Notes: a model not told the origin generated them from the letters alone. 32,000 bases of DNA from Nitrosospira multiformis ATCC 25196 (GCF_000196355.1 NC_007614.1:1-32000), one strand, 5' to 3'. Positions 20,069 through 30,721 are shown, numbered from the stretch's first letter. Numbers and translations: made by a program.

Positions 20069-20517
20069 AAAATCACTTGTCTCGTTTGTCCCGGCGCACG
20101 GCCCAATTTCTACAAGCTGTGTTCCTCGTGGCCGCTCTCGGGATTTTGCTGGGCAGTTGTGACCGTCTTCGCGCGACACCCATCAACGAAGTCAATACCT
20201 CCCCTGCAAATTTTGACGGGAAGGAGGTCGTGTTTCATGGCGTGGTAACGGAGTTGACGCGGATCCCGCTGATCGATATGAAGTCTTTTATATTGAAAGA
20301 CGAAAGCGGGGAGATCGCTATCCTCACTGATCACGATTTGCCGAAAAGCGGTCAAGAACTGAGCGTCAAGGTGAAGGTCCAAAATCTCGCAATCATAAAC
20401 GGCGAACCTCTGGGAACGACGATAACGGAAATAGAGAGGCAAGAATGGGCCATCAAGGATTGGATAAACCGGACAGTAAGCCAGGCAGCAAGCAATCTGC
20501 CCCGTCTGATTAAATGA
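20065..20517 (+). CDS. Hypothetical lipoprotein, possibly OB-fold-like
   Basis: 150-aa ORF with no ATG before the signal sequence; the ORF-track TTG start overlaps the recX stop. It has a positively charged N-region, a hydrophobic core and a lipobox-like LLGSC. No family is recognised. Confidence 0.55.
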   Translation: MKNHLSRLSRRTAQFLQAVFLVAALGILLGSCDRLRATPINEVNTSPANFDGKEVVFHGVVTELTRIPLIDMKSFILKDESGEIAILTDHDLPKSGQELSVKVKVQNLAIINGEPLGTTITEIERQEWAIKDWINRTVSQAASNLPRLIK

Positions 20518-20523
20518 AGCGAG

Positions 20524-24103
<3,580 letters not shown>

Positions 24104-24134
24104 GGCGGGGAGCGGCAACCAGAACAGGACTTCC

Positions 24135-24164
24135 GCGTAATTTGCCAATGCGTAATTTGCCAAT
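24135..24164. repeat. Perfect 2 x 15-bp tandem duplication (GCGTAATTTGCCAAT)
   Basis: Read directly in the trxB-smr spacer. It is followed by 2 x 8 bp (CCTTCAAG) and 2 x 9 bp (TATCCACGn) tandem duplications. Confidence 0.9.
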
Positions 24165-24257
24165 TCACGCCCCCCTTCAAGCCTTCAAGCCCGGTCGATA
24201 TCCACGTTATCCACGGCCCGAGGGGAATTGGCCGAAGGGAGTTGCTCGGGGACCGAG

Positions 24258-24893
24258 ATGAGAAGACGGGAAGGAAAGCCCGGCATCCATACCACCACAC
24301 GCACAGAAACTGCTGCCGGGAGCGATAAACGCGAGGGAACCGGCGCATCCATCGGGGATAATGATGCTGCCGTGTTTCGTGCTGCCATGCGTGACGTCGC
24401 CCCCCTCGCCCCAACCGATAAGGTCATCCTTTCGGCCAGCCATCCGCCACCTGTCCCCCTTCAGTTTCAACCTGCACGCCCTGCTGTCCATGATGCCCTG
24501 TCGGACGATGGCCACCCCCTGGAGCCTGGCGATGAGTGGGCTTTTTTGCGCCCCGGGGTCTCGCGCCAGACCTTGCGCCGGCTGCGGCGAGGCTATTGGA
24601 AAATTGAGGCCCAGCTTGACCTGCACGGGCTTACGCGGGAGGAAGCACGGCTCGCGCTGGGGGTGTTCCTGGATGCGAGCGGCGAAAGTGGGAAGCGTTG
24701 CGTGCGAGTGATACACGGCAAGGGATTCGGATCGCAGAATCGGGAGCCCGTTCTGAAAACCCGGATTGGCGGCTGGCTCTTCCAACGGGAGGATGTGCTG
24801 GCTTTCTGCCAGGCGAGGCCGGCGGAGGGCGGCAGCGGCGCCGTCCTCGTGCTGCTCAGGATATTCTCGGACAGTCAGCCGGCAACCCCGTGA
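24258..24893 (+). CDS. Smr (MutS2-related small) domain protein
   Basis: C-terminal Smr domain (LDLHGLTREEA...RVIHGKG...LK). The N-terminal region FRAAMRDVAPL resembles E. coli SmrA. I prefer ATG 24258 over the TTG at 24228. Confidence 0.82.
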   Translation: MRRREGKPGIHTTTRTETAAGSDKREGTGASIGDNDAAVFRAAMRDVAPLAPTDKVILSASHPPPVPLQFQPARPAVHDALSDDGHPLEPGDEWAFLRPGVSRQTLRRLRRGYWKIEAQLDLHGLTREEARLALGVFLDASGESGKRCVRVIHGKGFGSQNREPVLKTRIGGWLFQREDVLAFCQARPAEGGSGAVLVLLRIFSDSQPATP

Positions 24894-24923
24894 AATATCC
24901 GGGCGCTGCTTAACACGATCTGC

Positions 24924-25319
24924 TTAAAGGGTAGGTTTGTTCTCGTGCATGTAAGTCTTTTCATGCACTTCCTGACAGCGTACGCAACGTTGCGCAGTGG
25001 GATAAACCATGAGCCGGTCGAACCCTATTTCGCCGCCACAGTCGATACAATCGCCGTAATCCAGGTCCGCCAGGCGTTTTAGCGCCGCTTCCACCTCGCG
25101 CATCTCGTTCACCTGGCGATCCACGAGGTTGGCCCCCACGTCCACCAGCATATCCGCTACAGAAGCATCCCCCGGATCAGCGACACTGCCTGCCAGATCG
25201 GCATAGTGCTGATCGCCCGAACTCTCCAGTTCGTCCCGGACCTCTTCCCGCAGTTGCAGGTAGCGTTGTTGCAGAACTTCCTTCAACTGCGCCAATTGCT
25301 CTTCAGTAAATTGTGCCAT
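24924..25319 (-). CDS. TraR/DksA-family C4 zinc-finger protein
   Basis: 131-aa ORF with a coiled-coil N-terminus carrying DPGDAS (compare the DksA tip DxxDxA) and CIDCGGEIGFDRLMVYPTAQRCVRC (CxxC-N17-CxxC). Confidence 0.85.
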   Translation of the reverse strand: MAQFTEEQLAQLKEVLQQRYLQLREEVRDELESSGDQHYADLAGSVADPGDASVADMLVDVGANLVDRQVNEMREVEAALKRLADLDYGDCIDCGGEIGFDRLMVYPTAQRCVRCQEVHEKTYMHENKPTL

Positions 25320-25467
25320 GATAAATTCCTTTATGCTCGGGATTGCCGGCTGACAAACCCTCAGGAAAGAGGAAAACAGATATCCTGCTCAAGCGAATTT
25401 ACAATGCAATTGCATGCAAGGCAGGGGAAACCAGCGTCCAGACTCGAACGAAGGTGCAAATCCTCCC

Positions 25468-25629
25468 TCAGTCTTTTCCGGGAAAACGGAAATCCCTGAC
25501 CGCGGGCAGATTGAAATCCGGCGCGGGCTGCTCCGCTTTCAGTGGAGCGGATGGCTCCGCATTTGCCATATGACTCAAAAAAACCAAGGCCAGCGCCGTG
25601 AGCGCCGCAACTATTTTCCCTGTTTTCAT
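25468..25629 (-). pseudogene. 53-codon ORF: signal peptide plus a redoxin-like N-terminal motif, probably a truncated remnant
   Basis: Below the ORF-track size cut-off, so I translated it by hand: MKTGKIVAALTALALVFLSHMANAEPSAPLKAEQPAPDFNLPAVRDFRFPGKD*. GGAGA lies 5 nt upstream of the ATG. APDFxLP is the usual start of TlpA/AhpC-type thioredoxin-fold proteins, but no CxxC region follows. Confidence 0.35.
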
Positions 25630-26102
25630 GAGTATCTCCAATTTTTTAGAGCATGGAGCAAAGCGAAATCTGGCGAAAGCCTCTCAGTTTCCACATCATT
25701 GCAATAAGGGCAATGTTAAGTGCAATGGATTAATTATAGAAGGGTAAGCAGCACTGTGCGCACCCCTTTGCATTGTACTCACCTCTTCTTCCTGCAGGTC
25801 TTGAGCACTTGAATCCTGAATTCTTCGCCTCCCGTTCGCCCTGAAACTGTCGAAGGGGAGCGAACGGTTCAGGACAAGCCGCCACCAAGCCGTCAAAGGG
25901 GACGAACAGACTGCGGGCATGCCTGTCGAAGGTCGAATGGAGGCATAGTAGGACTTTTCAAAGGAATCGACTGTGCTCAGGACAACACAACTTCTATTCG
26001 AAAAGCAAATAAACGTATGGTGAGTAGAGCAAAGCGCAGGCTACTGATGAAACGTATGGCTCACTTGTTCGATGCCTTGAGAGCTTCTCCGAAGCTCACC
26101 CT

Positions 26103-27338
26103 TCAGTTCGGATTCAATTTTCTTACCGGCAACGCCCACATCCGCAACAGCACCGCTGCTATCGCTGCCAGTCCTCCCGCGAAAAAGAATGCCGTGGCTG
26201 CACTCTGAAACTGCCAGAGCGATCCGAACAGCAGCCCCGCGGGAATTGCCGCGAGCCCCACCATCAGGTGATACCAGCCAAAAGCTGTTCCCCGTTCCCG
26301 TGGCAGCGCGTAATCGCTGATGATGGCGCGCTCCGCCCCCTCGCTCATGCCGGCGCATAAACCGTAAAAAATGCTTACCGCCCATAATCCGCTACTCCCC
26401 GCTACCTGCCCCAGCATCAGGAACGAAAGCGAAAACGTGGACCAGCCTATCAGCATCAACGTCCCGCGTCCCAGACTGTCCGCCAGTTGCCCCCCCCAGA
26501 TGGAGGTCGCGGCTTTGCAGAGACTCAGCGCCGCCCACAGCAGCAGTAATTCCACGGTTCCAACCCCTAACTGATGTCCCAGCAGCAGGATGAAGGTTTC
26601 CGACGCGCGGGCAAACGTAAACAGCATCAGCACCAGAAGATAGCGCCGCATGGGGAGGGATAAGAGCGACCAGCGCAAAGGGGGAAGTTCGGGAGGAACT
26701 GGACGATGACCGGCAGCATCCTCCTTATCCTCCTTCACTCCGACTCCGAGCAGCAGCACGGCGATGACGCCTGGAACCGCGGACCAGAGGATCACTTCCG
26801 TGAGGCTCAAGCCGGACCATGCCAGCACTGCCGCCGCCACCAGGCTGCCTGCAACGGCGCCGCCGTTATCCATGGCGCGATGATAGCCGAAGGCGTAGCC
26901 GTGCATTCCCGGCGGCGTCGCGTCCGCAACCAGCGCATCACGCGGCGCGCTGCGCAAACCCTTGCCTGCCCGGTCGATGCTGCGCAATACCAGAATCACG
27001 AGCCAGGAGCCCGCCAGCCCGAGCATTGGGCGGGTAATGTTCGAAAGCGTATATCCTGCGACCGCAAGCCCCTTGCGCCGTTCCCTCATGATATCCGAGT
27101 GCCGTCCCGCCCACAGCTTGAGCAGACTTGCCACCGCATCCGCAACACCCTCGATCAATCCCAGCGCTATCGGTCCCGCTGCCAGCACCGTCGCCAGCAG
27201 GATCGGAATGAGTGGAACGACGATATCCGAAGCAAAATCGTTGAAGAAACTCACCAGGCCGAGAACGATCACGGTGGGGGGCAGTTTTTTCCGGGGGACA
27301 GGTTGCTGGGGCAGCGCTATCTGATCAGGTTTTTCCAT
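26103..27338 (-). CDS. MFS transporter
   Basis: 411-aa ORF with about 12 hydrophobic segments and MFS-type motifs (FFNDFASDIVVPLIPILL, GRHSDIMRERRKG between TM2 and TM3). Confidence 0.88.
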   Translation of the reverse strand: MEKPDQIALPQQPVPRKKLPPTVIVLGLVSFFNDFASDIVVPLIPILLATVLAAGPIALGLIEGVADAVASLLKLWAGRHSDIMRERRKGLAVAGYTLSNITRPMLGLAGSWLVILVLRSIDRAGKGLRSAPRDALVADATPPGMHGYAFGYHRAMDNGGAVAGSLVAAAVLAWSGLSLTEVILWSAVPGVIAVLLLGVGVKEDKEDAAGHRPVPPELPPLRWSLLSLPMRRYLLVLMLFTFARASETFILLLGHQLGVGTVELLLLWAALSLCKAATSIWGGQLADSLGRGTLMLIGWSTFSLSFLMLGQVAGSSGLWAVSIFYGLCAGMSEGAERAIISDYALPRERGTAFGWYHLMVGLAAIPAGLLFGSLWQFQSAATAFFFAGGLAAIAAVLLRMWALPVRKLNPN

Positions 27339-27371
27339 ACCCGAATATTAGCGTAAAATGCGCGGTTACCG

Positions 27372-27447
27372 CCCTGGTAGCTCAGTGGATAGAGCGACCC
27401 CCTCCTAAGGGGTAGGTCACACGTTCGATTCGTGTTCAGGGCGCCAA
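27372..27447 (+). tRNA. tRNA-Arg (anticodon CCU)
   Basis: I folded the 76-nt cloverleaf by hand. Acceptor GCCCUGG/UCAGGGC (one G-U pair), D stem GCUC/GAGC, anticodon stem ACCCC/GGGGU with loop CUCCUAA, T stem ACACG/CGUGU with loop UUCGAUU, and an encoded CCA. Confidence 0.95.
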
Positions 27448-27454
27448 TAAAAAC

Positions 27455-27485
27455 AGGAGGTTATACTTTTAAAATAACTTCCTGA
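27455..27485 (+). terminator. Hairpin immediately after the tRNA (11-bp stem, 9-nt loop)
   Basis: CAGGAGGTTAT-ACTTTTAAA-ATAACTTCCTG, with one G-U pair. No U-tract follows, so a terminator role is uncertain. Confidence 0.3.
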
Positions 27486-27687
27486 TTACGTCAGGGTTGC
27501 GCGCGCCGTAATACCTCTTTTCTCTGCCTTTTTATACCCCATCTTCTGCATCAGATAGCCCAGCTGTTACTCAGGTGTACTTTAGTCCAGTAGTCACCAG
27601 CGTATCGGGTGATAAGATTCTGCTGCTAATAACCCAACAAAAGACTTAAACACAATTGATCGGGTTTTTGACGTTGACAGTGATTTT

Positions 27688-27936
27688 ATGAAAATGGCAT
27701 TAATGCTATCACTATACTCTCCAGCTTCCTATATTGTCTCATTGGCTATATTTGCATCATTTATCTTCTTTTTTCCCCTGATTTTTAGGGAATTATCGGG
27801 CTCGCAATCCAAAGCGGCATTCCATTCGTTGAAGCAATGTACTAAACTGGAACACCACGGCTTCGCTTCTTGGCGAAACGATCGGGAGGAACAGCTCTGC
27901 CGTCCTGCGATGATGCTTTTCATCACGCACCTATAA
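27688..27936 (+). CDS. Hypothetical small membrane protein (one predicted TM segment)
   Basis: 82-aa ATG ORF in AT-rich DNA with the hydrophobic stretch YIVSLAIFASFIFFFPLIF. It ends 18 nt before the next gene. No clear RBS and no recognised family. Confidence 0.3.
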   Translation: MKMALMLSLYSPASYIVSLAIFASFIFFFPLIFRELSGSQSKAAFHSLKQCTKLEHHGFASWRNDREEQLCRPAMMLFITHL

Positions 27937-27954
27937 AAAACTGGGCGATAACAA

Positions 27955-28866
27955 ATGAGAACACTAAAACTAAAACTTTTAATCCTCGTCACTCCATTTT
28001 CTCTGTTTTCTGTCCCGTCACACGGGGAATCGAAAGGGGCACCGGTGGAAATCGTCACGAAGACGTATAACCGGGTTTTGGTTCAGGCAAACAAGGATGG
28101 GCCGCGGCTCGCAATCGACGATAAAGAAGCCGGAGCAAGCGCTTTGGGTAAGGAAGCGAGCCACTGCAATCAGGACAGGCAGACAAGTTTTGCCAAGGGA
28201 CGTGCAAAAACCTCCGTAAACAAGCTGAATGAACTGGGGGTGGAAGTCAATCTGGAAAGTGCGGCTTTCGCGCGCGGTGGATATTTCATAACCTGCCAAG
28301 AGAGCAATCCGAGGCAATTCCCTTGTGACACGGGGGGATGCCTGGGAAATGTCACGAACAACAAGTTGGCGAGCGCGGATGTAAGCTCCAGCGCGCGCGT
28401 GGAGCTTCGTTTGCTCACCGCCGATTCTTCGGATTACCGGATAAAAATATCAAAATCGGGTTCAAGTGATCTGGTGGCTACTTTAATAGGTCCGGATGGC
28501 AAGGAAGTAAAACTGAATGAGCCGGGCGGCAAAGATCCGGTTCTACGGCGAGCAAGCAAAGGAAGCTATCAACTGAATCTTGAGCTTCCGGCAGTCGCAA
28601 GCAAGAAAGGCCAAGACAGAGAGGAACTCGAGAAGTCTGCTACGGTTCGCGTCCAATTAATCGCGCTTCCCACTCAGGAGTCCCCGAAAACGGAAACTCC
28701 AAAGCCCGAAGCTTCAAAACCTGAAACCCCGAAATCCGAAACCCCGAAGCCTGAAGCTTCAAAATCTGAAACCCCGAAATCCGAAGCTCCTAAGCCTGAA
28801 ACTTCAAAACCCGAAACTTCAAAACCCGAAACCCCAAAGTCCGAAGCTTCAAAATCTAAAAAGTGA
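27955..28866 (+). CDS. Orphan secreted protein with a C-terminal E-[TA]-[PS]-K-[PS] pentapeptide repeat tail
   Basis: 303-aa ORF with a signal peptide (LLILVTPFSLFSVPSHG|ES), a roughly 215-aa domain with 4 Cys, then 12 in-frame 15-nt repeats and a KK stop. The RBS is weak and no family is recognised. Confidence 0.65.
   Translation: MRTLKLKLLILVTPFSLFSVPSHGESKGAPVEIVTKTYNRVLVQANKDGPRLAIDDKEAGASALGKEASHCNQDRQTSFAKGRAKTSVNKLNELGVEVNLESAAFARGGYFITCQESNPRQFPCDTGGCLGNVTNNKLASADVSSSARVELRLLTADSSDYRIKISKSGSSDLVATLIGPDGKEVKLNEPGGKDPVLRRASKGSYQLNLELPAVASKKGQDREELEKSATVRVQLIALPTQESPKTETPKPEASKPETPKSETPKPEASKSETPKSEAPKPETSKPETSKPETPKSEASKSKK
28678..28857 (+). repeat. 12 tandem copies of a 15-bp unit (consensus GAAACYCCGAARCCY)
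   Basis: Parsed unit by unit: ESPKT ETPKP EASKP ETPKS ETPKP EASKS ETPKS EAPKP ETSKP ETSKP ETPKS EASKS. Confidence 0.97.
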
Positions 28867-29471
28867 TAAGTGCCGAGTTCCACTTGAGATTTTTCTGACT
28901 GGAGCTTGGTTGAAGGGGCCACTGCGGCATCCTGTTCCTGCCGGGTGGTCCACGGTGTTGGCTTCGAAGAGCACCGCTCAGGGTGAGGAGGTGCCCTCAT
29001 GACATATCCTCCCATAGCCTAATTTCCTGCCCCCTGCTTCCGCCGGTCGGGGCGGTGCAAGGAGTAGCAATTCGATGAAGGGTGAGGAAATTCCCTCCCG
29101 AAGACTTCTCCTGAAAAGTGTCCACACGGATGACCGTATCCTTTTACCACTTTCCTCTTCCCGGAGGGGCAGATGTTGAATCATCGATGGTGGTAAACTT
29201 GCTGCTATCCGCCATTCAGCATTCCAGAACAACAAAATCCTCATTTTCTTTCATCCGATCGAACTGAAACCGCTTTTCCACTCTCTAATTAAGGACCTCA
29301 CCAGGAAAGTCTGATCACGCGTCTTGAGGTTCTGATTGGCTGTCAACGGGTTTGTACATGGGGCGTTGAACGGTGGGAAGGCAAAGATAAGCGGCAAACC
29401 GCACAGACAATGTGCCGGGGAAGTAAGAGAATTGTTTTACGTCAGGTCAGGCGAAACTGGAGGGCGGGAGA

Positions 29472-29741
29472 ATGGGAAGGGGTTTGGTCGATTTGTCCGG
29501 TTTGAGCGGTGAGCCGGAAAGTGATGATAGGGCAGAGAAGCTCCTGGCACGCTGGGAAGCGGAGATCATGAATTCCTCGGCCTCGGATATGGGACCAGTG
29601 GAACATGGGCAGCAATCGTCGATTATCCCGGGAAACCGCTGGAGTCGCGTGCGGCTTCTTGAGCGCCCGGCGCGGCGCCAATCCGCGCGAGGCCCAAGCG
29701 TTTCTTTGCATGCCACATGCAAAAAACGGAAGCGCAGGTGA
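29472..29741 (+). CDS. Hypothetical 89-aa protein (acidic N-terminus, very basic C-terminus)
   Basis: The ATG is preceded by GGAGGGCGGGAGA. Third-codon positions are G/C-rich, like the real genes here. No family is recognised, and it overlaps longer minus-strand ORFs that I reject. Confidence 0.3.
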   Translation: MGRGLVDLSGLSGEPESDDRAEKLLARWEAEIMNSSASDMGPVEHGQQSSIIPGNRWSRVRLLERPARRQSARGPSVSLHATCKKRKRR

Positions 29742-29877
29742 ATCGCTTCGGATTTGAGGACGCTCCAATATCGCCCACTTCGTGTATTTATAAGCACGAC
29801 CTTATGCGTACCTGATCTGTTCGCTTGCTTATTTTCCCTTATGGGGGAGAAAGTCGGTATGAGGCCTTTTTTCCTTC

Positions 29878-30336
29878 CTATTTGCAGCTTTTTACATCCT
29901 CCGTAACAGTTTTTCCATCTTTCAGTACGACAGTTTGGCGGATAGTCTTGCAATTGCTGCTGTCATCAACGCCAACGACTTCGGCTCTCCCGCTCACGCC
30001 GCTGTCGGGATTGGTGAAAGTCTGGGTCTGATTGGTTTCATACGCCCGCTGGGAAGTCTGAGCCATGCGGCGCTGATCTTCCTGGCCGAGACGTCCTCCG
30101 ATTTCCGCACCCAGATAATATCCGCCCACACCGCCAGCCACAGCACCCAATATACGGCCCGCGGTTCCCCCACCCAGGTAGCTGCCAAGATAGCCGCCAC
30201 CAATGGAACCGGCAACGCTGCCGATCAAGCCGCCGGCACGCCTCGTTTCGGTGGACTGGCATGCTGACAGGAGCGCAACCAGGGCCAGGAGCAGCAAGCG
30301 CTTTGCCCATGCAGCTGAAATCGACGTTTGATTCAT
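29878..30336 (-). CDS. Glycine-zipper outer-membrane lipoprotein (17-kDa surface-antigen-like)
   Basis: The start MNQTSISAAWAKRLLLLALVALLSAC has a lipobox (LSAC) and is preceded by GGAGG 7 nt upstream. It carries GxxxG-rich zippers (GGLIGSVAGSIGGGYLGSYLGGG) and a C-terminal domain with 2 Cys. The ORF-track start at 30390 is unlikely. Confidence 0.8.
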   Translation of the reverse strand: MNQTSISAAWAKRLLLLALVALLSACQSTETRRAGGLIGSVAGSIGGGYLGSYLGGGTAGRILGAVAGGVGGYYLGAEIGGRLGQEDQRRMAQTSQRAYETNQTQTFTNPDSGVSGRAEVVGVDDSSNCKTIRQTVVLKDGKTVTEDVKSCK

Positions 30337-30541
30337 GACCTTACCTCCAAATTTTGCTTCAGGCTGGATTCGACATTGTACAAGTAACATGGGGCCGCAA
30401 TGCAGTTATACTTGCCGGGATCCTTTTGCATCTCATTGTGTTATTAACGAAAAAGAAGACGCGAGGATGGCGCGCCTGTTCTGTTTTCTGTGGGGCGACT
30501 TTCTGCGACAATTATTATTTTCCTCTTATTCCCAGACTGCA

Positions 30542-30721
30542 ATGAAATTCAGGAAAATAATAAACCTCGTTACTCTGCTGGCCATTCTTCCCGCACTCTC
30601 GGGTTGCTGGTATCTCTTGGCGGGAGGTGCCGGTGCTTACGGCGGCTACAAGATGAAAGAGAAGGGTTATACGCTGCAGAATCCCATCACAAAAGAGAAA
30701 AGCAGTCAGACATCGAAATAA
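30542..30721 (+). CDS. Small (59 aa) glycine-rich lipoprotein
   Basis: MKFRKIINLVTLLAILPALSGC has the lipobox LSGC and is followed by WYLLAGGAGAYGGYK. There is no clear SD. The ORF-track start at 30335 lies inside the divergent gene region. Confidence 0.5.
   Translation: MKFRKIINLVTLLAILPALSGCWYLLAGGAGAYGGYKMKEKGYTLQNPITKEKSSQTSK

Noticed and set aside
25868-25878. Guanidine-III (ykkC-III)-like TTCAGGACAAG
   Set aside because: Only about 10 nt resemble the riboswitch core. The 5' ACGR/stem context and a downstream transporter gene on that strand are absent.
27448-27960. Integrase gene or attachment-site repeat next to tRNA-Arg
   Set aside because: No ORF with tyrosine-recombinase motifs occurs in any frame. 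A minus-strand fragment ending ...LGYLMQKMGYKKAEKRGITARATLT is too short and non-specific. I found no copy of the tRNA 3' end (TTCGATTCGTGTTCAGGGCGCCA) downstream.
29447-29953. 168-aa and 108-aa minus-strand ORFs in the gene-poor region
   Set aside because: Neither has an RBS. The start of the longer one lies inside the glycine-zipper lipoprotein gene, and the products are Arg/Ser/Pro-rich with no motifs.
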